From Bacillus subtilis subsp. subtilis str. 168 (GTDB taxonomy: Bacteria > Bacillota > Bacilli > Bacillales > Bacillaceae), in assembly GCF_000009045.1 (NCBI RefSeq), contig NC_000964.3:1674001-1738000 (forward strand): a DNA stretch of 64,000 nt, written 5' to 3'. The notes beneath the pieces were generated by a model. The model was not told the DNA's origin, searched no databases, and saw only the letters and a list, made by a program, of their open reading frames with translations. Each line of letters opens with the position of its first letter. The stretch's first letter is position 1. Positions 1-9,660 of this stretch are shown piece by piece. The translations under genes and the position numbers were made by a program.

Positions 1-137
1 TGCGCTTATCTGTCCATAAGTCAGATACCGGTAAAGTTATCGGAAAGCAAGGCCGGACTGCAAAAGCGATTCGAACAGCTGTATTTGCAGCTGGCGTACA
101 GTCTTCTAAGAAAGTTCAATTTGAAATATTTGACTAA
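1..137 (+). CDS. khpA: KH-domain RNA-binding protein KhpA/YlqC, 3' end (5'-truncated by window)
   Basis: Frame from nt 3 reads RLSVHKSDTGKVIGKQGRTAKAIRTAVFAAG...FEIFD*, containing the KH GxxG loop (GKQG); TAA 135-137. Position before ylqD-rimM-trmD fits. Confidence 0.9.
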   Translation, partial: RLSVHKSDTGKVIGKQGRTAKAIRTAVFAAGVQSSKKVQFEIFD

Positions 138-168
138 AAGGGAGAGGGCCGGCACCTCCCCTTTTTTT
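136..168 (+). terminator. Intrinsic terminator after khpA
   Basis: AAAAGGG(A)GAGG-GCCGGCA-CCTCCCCTTTT stem followed by a T7 run. Confidence 0.7.
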
Positions 169-258
169 ACACGCAAAAAAAGGGTAAACTGATAGAAGCT
201 TAGGCAAAATAGAAAAGCCTGGACGAGTAAAAGTTTTAAAAGCGGGGAGCTTGGTGCG

Positions 259-645
259 ATGCAAATTATTCACCGTGTAGCCGTTATGCAAGTCTTAACC
301 GAGCGCAGTAAAGAAAAGCTTTTAGCTTCTTTTGCTGAGAAGAAACAAATGCTTGAACGAGAATGCAGCCAGCTCTATTTTCAGCTTAGAAAACATGAGA
401 AAGAACAGCAAAACCCTAATATGATTGAACAATTTAAAAAGGCAATAGAAAAGCGAAAAGATGATATAAAAATCATTGATTTTCAAATTGCTCAAGTACA
501 TACATTGCCGCTTGGCAGTGAGTTGAAAGAAAAGGAAGTCGATGCGCTGCTGACGATTGAAGCCGGGGATGACTGGCATGAGAAAACAGCAGCGAACACC
601 ATCGTCATAAAAGACGGAAAAGTAATTGAAATTCGCCAGAGGTGA
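259..645 (+). CDS. ylqD: YlqD-family protein of unknown function (128 aa, coiled-coil centre)
   Basis: ORF with GGGGAG SD; sits between khpA and rimM as in Bacillus. Confidence 0.85.
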   Translation: MQIIHRVAVMQVLTERSKEKLLASFAEKKQMLERECSQLYFQLRKHEKEQQNPNMIEQFKKAIEKRKDDIKIIDFQIAQVHTLPLGSELKEKEVDALLTIEAGDDWHEKTAANTIVIKDGKVIEIRQR

Positions 646-649
646 TCAT

Positions 650-1174
650 ATGACAAAGCGATGGTTTAATGTAGGCAAAATCGTAAATACCCACGGAATC
701 AAAGGCGAAGTGCGGGTGATTTCAAAAACAGATTTTGCCGAAGAACGATACAAGCCGGGAAACACGCTGTATTTGTTTATGGACGGCCGTAACGAACCAG
801 TGGAGGTAACGGTAAACACACATAGACTGCATAAGCAATTTCATCTCCTGCAGTTTAAAGAAAGACAAAACCTAAATGAAGTAGAAGAGCTGAAAAACGC
901 AATCATTAAAGTTCCTGAAGAAGAATTAGGAGAGCTGAATGAGGGTGAATTTTATTTCCACGAAATTATTGGGTGTGAAGTATTTACTGAAGAAGGCGAA
1001 CTCATCGGAAAGGTCAAAGAAATTTTGACGCCTGGAGCCAATGACGTTTGGGTCATCGGACGAAAAGGAAAAAAAGACGCACTCATTCCTTACATTGAAT
1101 CAGTGGTTAAACATATCGATGTCAGGGAAAAGAAAATTGAGATTGAACTCATGGAAGGGTTAATAGACGAATGA
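650..1174 (+). CDS. rimM: 16S rRNA processing protein RimM (174 aa)
   Basis: [14 protein letters not shown] motif and C-terminal PRC barrel; ATG 650 follows GAGGTG SD (track start 626 is too far upstream). Confidence 0.97.
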   Translation: MTKRWFNVGKIVNTHGIKGEVRVISKTDFAEERYKPGNTLYLFMDGRNEPVEVTVNTHRLHKQFHLLQFKERQNLNEVEELKNAIIKVPEEELGELNEGEFYFHEIIGCEVFTEEGELIGKVKEILTPGANDVWVIGRKGKKDALIPYIESVVKHIDVREKKIEIELMEGLIDE

Positions 1175-1902
1175 AAATCGATTTTTTGACGCTGTTTCCC
1201 GAAATGTTTGAAGGCGTGCTCGGCTCATCGATTCTTCAAAAAGCCCAGGAAAAAGATGCGGTGCAGTTTCAAGTCGTAAATTTCCGAGAGTACTCTGATA
1301 ACAAGCACAATACTGTTGATGATTATCCTTATGGCGGCGGGGCAGGCATGGTTCTCAAGCCCCAGCCTGTTTTTGACGCGGTCGAGGACCTGACATCAAA
1401 GGCAGCCGCTGCTCCGCGTATTATCCTCGTATGCCCGCAAGGTGAGCGTTTTACCCAAAAAAAAGCCGAACAATTAGCTAAGGAAGAGCATTTGCTGTTC
1501 ATTTGCGGCCACTATGAAGGCTATGATGAACGCATTCGCGAGCACTTGGTAACGGATGAAATATCAATTGGCGACTTTGTTCTGACGGGCGGTGAGCTCC
1601 CTGCAATGATGATCGCAGACAGTGTGGTCAGACTGCTTCCGGGTGTACTGGGTAAAGAGGCTTCCCATATTGAGGATTCCTTCAGCACCGGACTTTTAGA
1701 GCACCCGCATTATACAAGACCGGCAGATTACAAAGGTTTAAAAGTGCCTGAAACACTCTTGTCAGGAAACCATGCAAAAATTGAAGAATGGCGGAATAAA
1801 GAATCGATCAGAAGGACCTACCTAAGACGTCCGGATCTGTTGAAAGACCACCCGCTTACAGAGCAGCAAAGAAAGTGGATTTCTGAATGGGAAAAAGAAT
1901 AG
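1171..1902 (+). CDS. trmD: tRNA (guanine37-N1)-methyltransferase
   Basis: [22 protein letters not shown] and [16 protein letters not shown] motifs; ATGA overlap with rimM. Confidence 0.98.
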   Translation: MKIDFLTLFPEMFEGVLGSSILQKAQEKDAVQFQVVNFREYSDNKHNTVDDYPYGGGAGMVLKPQPVFDAVEDLTSKAAAAPRIILVCPQGERFTQKKAEQLAKEEHLLFICGHYEGYDERIREHLVTDEISIGDFVLTGGELPAMMIADSVVRLLPGVLGKEASHIEDSFSTGLLEHPHYTRPADYKGLKVPETLLSGNHAKIEEWRNKESIRRTYLRRPDLLKDHPLTEQQRKWISEWEKE

Positions 1903-1908
1903 ATTTTA

Positions 1909-1937
1909 TTGCATAGGCTATGAAATTGTGATAAGAT
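1909..1937 (+). promoter_or_regulatory. SigA promoter of rplS
   Basis: TTGCAT(1909-14)-17 bp-TAAGAT(1932-37) with extended -10 TG at 1929-30. Confidence 0.75.
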
Positions 1938-1943
1938 ACTACT

Positions 1944-2389
<446 letters not shown>

Positions 2390-2401
2390 TGATAACGAAC
2401 G

Positions 2402-2437
2402 AAAAGAGCTTGTTACCTGTAACAAGCTCTTTTTTTA
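2402..2437 (+). terminator. Intrinsic (potentially bidirectional) terminator after rplS
   Basis: 15-bp perfect inverted repeat AAAAGAGCTTGTTAC/GTAACAAGCTCTTTT plus T run. Confidence 0.92.
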
Positions 2438-2445
2438 TACAGAAT

Positions 2446-2474
2446 TTGAAAATGCCGGACAGGCATCGTAAAAT
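2446..2474 (+). promoter_or_regulatory. SigA promoter of rbgA
   Basis: TTGAAA(2446-51)-17 bp-TAAAAT(2469-74). Confidence 0.7.
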
Positions 2475-2531
2475 ACATAAAGGACAACAATGAATCATGC
2501 ATACTGAAGATAAAGGCGGTGTTCGTGTCAC

Positions 2532-3380
2532 ATGACAATTCAATGGTTCCCGGGCCATATGGCAAAAGCAAGAAGGGAAGTAACCGAAAAATTAAAATTA
2601 ATCGATATCGTATATGAATTGGTAGATGCCAGAATTCCAATGTCATCAAGAAACCCAATGATTGAAGATATTCTAAAAAACAAGCCGCGAATTATGCTGT
2701 TAAACAAGGCTGACAAAGCAGATGCGGCAGTTACACAGCAGTGGAAAGAGCACTTTGAGAACCAGGGGATCCGCTCTCTGTCTATTAATTCTGTAAATGG
2801 ACAAGGGTTAAATCAAATTGTGCCTGCATCAAAAGAGATCCTCCAAGAAAAATTTGACCGGATGCGTGCGAAAGGTGTGAAGCCGAGAGCGATTCGCGCT
2901 TTGATTATCGGCATTCCAAACGTCGGAAAATCAACGCTCATCAACCGGCTTGCAAAGAAAAACATAGCAAAAACGGGAGACAGACCTGGTATTACGACTT
3001 CTCAACAGTGGGTCAAAGTTGGGAAAGAATTAGAGCTATTAGATACACCGGGAATTTTGTGGCCTAAATTTGAGGATGAGCTTGTCGGTTTGAGACTGGC
3101 AGTCACCGGGGCTATTAAAGACTCGATTATCAATTTGCAGGACGTGGCCGTGTTTGGTCTTCGTTTTCTCGAAGAACATTACCCAGAACGGCTTAAAGAG
3201 CGTTATGGCCTTGATGAGATCCCAGAGGACATTGCCGAGCTGTTTGATGCAATAGGTGAAAAGCGGGGCTGTCTCATGAGCGGTGGGCTCATCAACTACG
3301 ATAAGACGACTGAAGTCATCATTCGCGATATTCGCACTGAAAAGTTCGGCAGGCTGTCATTTGAACAGCCGACGATGTAA
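2532..3380 (+). CDS. rbgA: Ribosome biogenesis GTPase A (circularly permuted GTPase)
   Basis: [11 protein letters not shown]-terminus; NKAD before GIPNVGKS and DTPG. Confidence 0.98.
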
Positions 3381-3412
3381 AGGCGCGCAGAAATGCGGGT
3401 CTTTATTTTTTC
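3379..3412 (+). terminator. Probable intrinsic terminator after rbgA
   Basis: AAAGGC-G-CGCA-GAAA-TGCG-G-GTCTTT (10 bp, one G.G mismatch) then ATTTTTT. Confidence 0.6.
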
Positions 3413-3428
3413 TTGGCTGAACCGATAC
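3402..3428 (+). promoter_or_regulatory. Candidate SigD promoter for rnhB-ylqG-ylqH
   Basis: TTTA(3402-05)-15 bp-ACCGATAC(3421-28) versus consensus TAAA-N15-GCCGATAT. Confidence 0.35.
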
Positions 3429-3450
3429 ATACAGTAAGGGAGAAGAGAAA

Positions 3451-4218
3451 GTGAATACATTAACCGTAAAGGACATTAAAGACCGTTTGCAGGAAGTGAA
3501 GGATGCACAAGACCCATTTATTGCCCAATGCGAAAACGACCCGAGAAAAAGCGTTCAAACGCTTGTAGAGCAATGGCTTAAAAAGCAAGCGAAAGAAAAA
3601 GCGCTGAAAGAACAATGGGTGAATATGACTTCCTATGAAAGGCTGGCAAGAAACAAAGGATTTCGCTTGATTGCAGGTGTTGACGAGGTCGGCCGGGGGC
3701 CATTGGCAGGACCAGTTGTCGCCAGCGCAGTCATCCTTCCAGAGGAATGTGAAATACTTGGGCTGACAGACTCCAAAAAGCTTTCAGAGAAAAAACGCGA
3801 GGAATATTACGAGCTTATTATGAAGGAAGCACTGGCGGTCGGGATAGGAATTGTAGAAGCTACTGTGATTGATGAGATCAATATATATGAAGCTTCAAAA
3901 ATGGCAATGGTGAAAGCGATACAGGATTTGTCGGATACACCTGATTATTTGCTTGTTGACGCAATGACACTTCCGCTCGACACGGCTCAGGCGTCAATTA
4001 TAAAAGGCGATGCCAAAAGCGTGTCTATTGCGGCAGGTGCGTGTATCGCAAAAGTGACGAGGGACCGAATGATGAGCGCTTATGCCGAAACGTATCCCAT
4101 GTACGGCTTTGAAAAAAATAAAGGCTATGGGACAAAAGAACATTTGGAAGCTCTCGCTGCATACGGCCCAACTGAATTGCACCGCAAAACTTTCGCTCCT
4201 GTTCAATCTTTCAGATAA
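3451..4218 (+). CDS. rnhB: Ribonuclease HII
   Basis: AGVDEVGRGPLAGPV, LTDSKKLS and KGDAKSVSIAAG motifs; GTG start after AAGGGAG. Confidence 0.97.
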   Translation: MNTLTVKDIKDRLQEVKDAQDPFIAQCENDPRKSVQTLVEQWLKKQAKEKALKEQWVNMTSYERLARNKGFRLIAGVDEVGRGPLAGPVVASAVILPEECEILGLTDSKKLSEKKREEYYELIMKEALAVGIGIVEATVIDEINIYEASKMAMVKAIQDLSDTPDYLLVDAMTLPLDTAQASIIKGDAKSVSIAAGACIAKVTRDRMMSAYAETYPMYGFEKNKGYGTKEHLEALAAYGPTELHRKTFAPVQSFR

Positions 4219-4249
4219 ATCACCATGGACAAGGAGGCACCTTTTTAAA

Positions 4250-5980
4250 ATGAACATACGAAATGATGTGCAAAAGGCGCTGCAGCACCTTTTCGGGCGT
4301 ACAGCCGTCCCGCAGGAAACATCAAAAGTAAACGAAGCGCTAAACGGGGAGAAGCGTCTCCTCTTAGGAAAAGTGCTTCGTTTACTAGGAGATCAGCATG
4401 CCCTGATCCAAGTCGGCAATCAAACTGTTCAGGGAAAACTTGAAACTCAGCTTCGTCCTCAGGCATACTATTGGTTTTCCTACGAAAAAAAAACGGCAGA
4501 GCAAACAGGCCGTCTTCAGGTCGTTCAAAGCTTTGATCAAAATCCTAAAACCATTCAGGATGCAGCTGGCAAACTTTTAAATGCTATTTCAGTGAAGACG
4601 TCAAACGCAGCTCTCATGATGACAGGAGCGATGCTGAAAAGCAAAACACCCGTAACAGAAAATGATATCAAAACAGCTGTCCGCTGGATGGACACGCTGC
4701 CTTCGCAAGACACAAAAAAAGCAGTTGAAACGGTTCTCTTCGCTTTAAAGCGTGATCTTCCCATTCACTCCGAGATTTTGAATGGTGTTCACGCTGTGAA
4801 ATCGCCTGTTCCGTTGCATCAGCACGTATCCCAGCTGCTACAGGCAATCGACCAAAACCCTCAGCAGAGCCAAATGATGTCAAAGCTAAAGGAAGCAGTC
4901 ACGGTGCTTTTAAATAGTGAAATCGATGTCCATGCAGAACGGCTGATTGATAAGCTTATTTCTTTAACCGACAATACGAAAGCACCTTCTCCGACGAATA
5001 CAGCTGGAAGCAGGGAGCTTAGCACACCAGCTGGCTCCCCCGGAAAAGCCAGCCTGCCGATTGCAAATCACACAGCAGAACAGGGAAGCATACAAGAAGA
5101 GCCTGTTAAAACAGCAGCAGACATTCCAATTAAAGAAGCCCGCCAGCTGCTGGTGAAGCTGACGGAATCTGCTGAAAAAAACAGTCTCCAAATTGTGAAA
5201 GAAGCAGCAAATTGGATTAAAGCGGCTGCTTCATCGGGTGATAGTAAGTCACTTGCAGCTTCAGCTGTTTTACAGGCGGCACAAGTCACAGATCAGGAAG
5301 CCGAAGTCTTTTTAAAGGCTGTTCAGCAGACAGCACCCCATTTGGCGGATAAGGCAGATGTTCTTTCTTTCTTATCCAAAGTGAAAACGGCAATCGGCGC
5401 AAGGGACGAGGTTGCGTTCATTAAAGCGTTTGAACAAGGAAGCGCAGTCACATCTGGCGAAATGCAATCCATCAAGCTGGCTCTTTCTGCCTTAAGAGCA
5501 TCGCATGAGGTAGCCGAACCAGTCAAACAAGAAGCCGATCAGCTTTTTCATAAATTAAATGGCCAGCTTTTCATGCAGCAGGACCATCCATCATACAGCC
5601 AAATTGTAATGTCATTTCCGATGTTTTCGAAGTCAGGGGTTCAGGACATGACTGTTCTGTTTAAAGGAAAGAAAGAAGCGGATGGAAAGCTTGATCCTTC
5701 CCATTGCCGCCTTTTGTTTTTGCTGCAGCTTGATACACTAAAAGAAACCGTCGTTGATTGCTTGGTACAGCAAAAAGTCATGACCATTACAATAGAGACT
5801 GATTTCGAGCTGCAGGCTGCGATCGATCCGATGGTGCCCGCGCTTAAACAGGGGCTAAAGGAAATGGGGTACAGCCTTTCAGGGGTAAACGCTAAAAAAA
5901 GGGTTCACACCGAAGAAAAGGCTTCAATCGATCAATATATAACAAGTATCAGTGATCAGGAAGTGGATGTGAAAATATGA
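4250..5980 (+). CDS. ylqG: YlqG, 576 aa, function unknown; C-terminus resembles the FliK substrate-switch domain
   Basis: ATG 4250 after AAGGAGG (4231-37); long Ala/Gln/Ser-rich body; C-terminal similarity to FliK judged by eye only. Confidence 0.85.
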   Translation: MNIRNDVQKALQHLFGRTAVPQETSKVNEALNGEKRLLLGKVLRLLGDQHALIQVGNQTVQGKLETQLRPQAYYWFSYEKKTAEQTGRLQVVQSFDQNPKTIQDAAGKLLNAISVKTSNAALMMTGAMLKSKTPVTENDIKTAVRWMDTLPSQDTKKAVETVLFALKRDLPIHSEILNGVHAVKSPVPLHQHVSQLLQAIDQNPQQSQMMSKLKEAVTVLLNSEIDVHAERLIDKLISLTDNTKAPSPTNTAGSRELSTPAGSPGKASLPIANHTAEQGSIQEEPVKTAADIPIKEARQLLVKLTESAEKNSLQIVKEAANWIKAAASSGDSKSLAASAVLQAAQVTDQEAEVFLKAVQQTAPHLADKADVLSFLSKVKTAIGARDEVAFIKAFEQGSAVTSGEMQSIKLALSALRASHEVAEPVKQEADQLFHKLNGQLFMQQDHPSYSQIVMSFPMFSKSGVQDMTVLFKGKKEADGKLDPSHCRLLFLLQLDTLKETVVDCLVQQKVMTITIETDFELQAAIDPMVPALKQGLKEMGYSLSGVNAKKRVHTEEKASIDQYITSISDQEVDVKI

Positions 5981-6258
5981 AAGAGCAGACACCGATCAGA
6001 AAAGCTGTTGCTCTCCATTATGACGAACAAAAAGACAAGGCGCCGAGAGTGATTGCCACAGGGAAGGGCCATGTAGCTGACAACATTATAAAAGAAGCGA
6101 AAAAAGCAGGGGTCCCGATTCAAGAAGATCGGACCCTTGTCGAATTAATGCGCCATTTGACGGTAGATGATCAAATTCCTGAAGCTCTTTATGAAACGGT
6201 AGCCGAGATTTTTTCATTCATTTACAAATTGGACGAAAGCGTAAAAAACAAAAAATAG
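5977..6258 (+). CDS. ylqH: YlqH, free-standing homolog of the FlhB C-terminal cytoplasmic fragment (93 aa)
   Basis: AVALHYDEQKDKAPRVIATG aligns with FlhB [20 protein letters not shown] of this window; ATGA overlap with ylqG. Confidence 0.9.
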   Translation: MKEQTPIRKAVALHYDEQKDKAPRVIATGKGHVADNIIKEAKKAGVPIQEDRTLVELMRHLTVDDQIPEALYETVAEIFSFIYKLDESVKNKK

Positions 6259-6351
6259 CTAAAATATTCCCCATCCTTCTTTGAAATTTATGTTTTTAAT
6301 AAAGTAAAAGTTTGAATGTTTAGAAGGATTAAAAGATTTTGCATCGAACTG

Positions 6352-6381
6352 TAGACAATTCTTCCAGTATTATTATAGAAT
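6352..6381 (+). promoter_or_regulatory. SigA promoter of sucCD
   Basis: TAGACA(6352-57)-18 bp-TAGAAT(6376-81). Confidence 0.7.
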
Positions 6382-6394
6382 GAAAGCGCAGTCT
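6381..6394 (+). promoter_or_regulatory. CcpA cre operator overlapping the sucCD transcription start
   Basis: TGAAAGCGCAGTCT fits cre consensus WTGNAANCGNWNNCW; sucCD is a known catabolite-repressed TCA operon. Confidence 0.75.
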
Positions 6395-6430
6395 ATTTTA
6401 GTTTTGTTACATAAGTTAGGAGGATGGGAA

Positions 6431-7588
<1,158 letters not shown>

Positions 7589-7616
7589 GAAAGAATGAAA
7601 GGCAGGGGACCAAATA

Positions 7617-8519
7617 ATGAGTGTTTTCATTAATAAAGATACAAGAGTTATTGTGCAAGGGATTACAGGTTCTACCGCTTTATTTCATACGAAGCAGATG
7701 CTTGAATACGGCACAAATATCGTTGGCGGTGTAACACCTGGAAAAGGCGGAACAGAAGCGGAAGGTGTTCCTGTATTTAATACAGTGGCTGAAGCAGTTC
7801 AAACAACCGGCGCTAACGCGTCTGTTATATATGTGCCCGCACCGTTTGCAGCTGATGCGATTATGGAAGCGGTAGATGCGGAGCTTGATCTCGTGATTTG
7901 TATCACAGAACATATCCCGGTTTTGGATATGGTGAAGGTCAAACGCTTCATGGAAGGCAAGAAAACGAGACTGATAGGGCCGAACTGTCCTGGTGTCATT
8001 ACGCCTGAAGAATGTAAAATCGGCATTATGCCCGGATACATCCATAAAAAGGGTCATGTAGGCGTTGTATCACGTTCAGGAACATTAACATACGAAGCGG
8101 TGCACCAGCTCTCAGAAGCGGGTGTAGGGCAATCTACAGCTGTTGGAATCGGCGGCGACCCTGTAAATGGAACAAACTTTATTGACGTTTTAAAAGCGTT
8201 TAACGAAGATCCTGACACACACGCAGTCATCATGATTGGCGAAATCGGCGGTACGGCCGAAGAGGAAGCGGCAGAGTGGGTAAAAGCCAACATGACAAAA
8301 CCGGTAGTCGGTTTTATTGGCGGTAAAACAGCACCTCCTGGGAAGCGCATGGGGCATGCAGGCGCCATTATTTCCGGCGGGAAAGGGACAGCTGATGAAA
8401 AAATCAAAACCCTTAATGCATGCGGAATCGAAGTTGCAGAGACACCTTCTGTCATGGGTGAAACCTTAATCAAGGTGCTGAAAGAGAAGAACTTGTTCGA
8501 AACTTGTAAAACGCATTAA
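7617..8519 (+). CDS. sucD: Succinyl-CoA synthetase alpha subunit
   Basis: [21 protein letters not shown] and RMGHAGA (phospho-His). Confidence 0.99.
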   Translation: MSVFINKDTRVIVQGITGSTALFHTKQMLEYGTNIVGGVTPGKGGTEAEGVPVFNTVAEAVQTTGANASVIYVPAPFAADAIMEAVDAELDLVICITEHIPVLDMVKVKRFMEGKKTRLIGPNCPGVITPEECKIGIMPGYIHKKGHVGVVSRSGTLTYEAVHQLSEAGVGQSTAVGIGGDPVNGTNFIDVLKAFNEDPDTHAVIMIGEIGGTAEEEAAEWVKANMTKPVVGFIGGKTAPPGKRMGHAGAIISGGKGTADEKIKTLNACGIEVAETPSVMGETLIKVLKEKNLFETCKTH

Positions 8520-8520
8520 T

Positions 8521-8558
8521 AAAAAAGGGACAGCCGTCAAGGCTGTTCCTGCTTTTTC
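8521..8558 (+). terminator. Intrinsic terminator after sucD
   Basis: GGGACAGCC-GTCAA-GGCTGTTCC stem then TGCTTTTT. Confidence 0.8.
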
Positions 8559-8579
8559 TAACAAAAGGAGGTCAATCTA

Positions 8580-9473
8580 TTGGATCAGGCCGCTGTCTGC
8601 CTAACGATTTGCAGAATCAATCAATTATTATCCCCATCCCTTCTATTAAAATGGTGGAAAGCCGATCCGTCTATGTCGCTGACATCACCCGTGTTACAAA
8701 CGGTTACTCGTGATCAAATAAAAGCAGCTGCATTAAAAAACGAAATAGAACAATTTTATCCAAAGCTCCCGCGTGTACTTGCTGCTTATCGTGAGCAAGG
8801 CATTAACACCATCCCTATTTCTTCAAAGCAATATCCTTTCTGGCTTAAAAGCATTTATGATCCCCCTGCCGTACTGTTTGCAAAAGGTGATATGACTCTT
8901 CTTTCGAAAGGGAGAAAAATTGGAATTGTAGGCACAAGAAATCCAACAGCTTATGGGAAACAAGTTGTCAATCATCTTACAAAAGAGATCTGTCGTAAAG
9001 GTTGGGTGATTGTCAGCGGACTGGCGTCTGGGATAGACGGAATGTCCCATGCTGCAAGTATTAAGGCGAAGGGGCGGACAATTGGCGTCATTGCAGGCGG
9101 ATTTCAACACATTTATCCCCGAGAAAACCTTCAGTTAGCAGATCACATGGCTAAACACCATATCCTGCTGTCAGAGCACCCACCTGAAACTAAACCCCAA
9201 AAATGGCATTTCCCTATGAGAAACCGTATTATCAGCGGACTAAGTGAAGGCGTTATTGTCGTTCAGGGCAAAGAAAAAAGCGGTTCGCTGATTACTGCCT
9301 ATCAAGCATTGGAACAAGGGAGAGAGGTATTTGCCGTACCCGGTTCATTGTTTGACCCTTACGCCGGAGGTCCTATAAAACTGATCCAGCAGGGGGCTAA
9401 AGCCATATGGTCAGCAGAGGATATTTTCGAGGAACTTCCTGAGAGAAACGTTCAATATACGGAACCCTTTTGA
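8580..9473 (+). CDS. dprA: DNA processing protein DprA (Smf), competence RecA loader
   Basis: IVGTR, VSGLASGID and FPMRNRIISGLS Rossmann-fold motifs; TTG start after AAGGAGG. Confidence 0.97.
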   Translation: MDQAAVCLTICRINQLLSPSLLLKWWKADPSMSLTSPVLQTVTRDQIKAAALKNEIEQFYPKLPRVLAAYREQGINTIPISSKQYPFWLKSIYDPPAVLFAKGDMTLLSKGRKIGIVGTRNPTAYGKQVVNHLTKEICRKGWVIVSGLASGIDGMSHAASIKAKGRTIGVIAGGFQHIYPRENLQLADHMAKHHILLSEHPPETKPQKWHFPMRNRIISGLSEGVIVVQGKEKSGSLITAYQALEQGREVFAVPGSLFDPYAGGPIKLIQQGAKAIWSAEDIFEELPERNVQYTEPF

Positions 9474-9481
9474 ATTATCGT

Positions 9482-9511
9482 TTGACAAACGGTATTGTAA
9501 TATTTAATAAT
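9482..9511 (+). promoter_or_regulatory. SigA promoter of topA
   Basis: Perfect TTGACA(9482-87)-18 bp-AATAAT(9506-11), followed by a ~140-nt AT-rich leader. Confidence 0.7.
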
Positions 9512-9660
9512 AGTGAGGATTTAAAGTTGCATATTGTTTTCTATTTAATTAATGACGTTCATGATAAAGAATGAAATGTTGAAAGCCAAATAAAGACAGC
9601 TGCAAAAATAAAATTGAAATATCTTGAAAAGAGAGAGAACACCTCTTGAGGGGGATGAAA

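Noticed and set aside
2452-2466. ATGCC-N5-GGCAT palindrome in the rbgA promoter spacer
   Set aside because: Only 5 bp per arm and matches no regulator consensus I can name; plausible by chance.
4082-4249. ORF-track N-terminal extensions (ylqG 4082, rplS 1994, sucC 6380, pyrH 45760, polC 53082, rbfA 62400)
   Set aside because: They overlap upstream genes, promoters or leaders; downstream starts have properly spaced SDs and give family-typical lengths.
6255-6280. Minus-strand AGAAGG-ATG as the start of an antisense ORF over ylqH
   Set aside because: The ATG directly abuts the purine run, and the ORF is short and featureless.
8488-8500. LexA (GAAC-N4-GTTC) box near dprA, and a similar one in the rplS leader
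   Set aside because: Half-site spacing is wrong (2-3 nt instead of 4).
9552-9593. 13-codon uORF in the topA leader
   Set aside because: No SD at a usable distance; short ORFs are expected by chance in AT-rich DNA.
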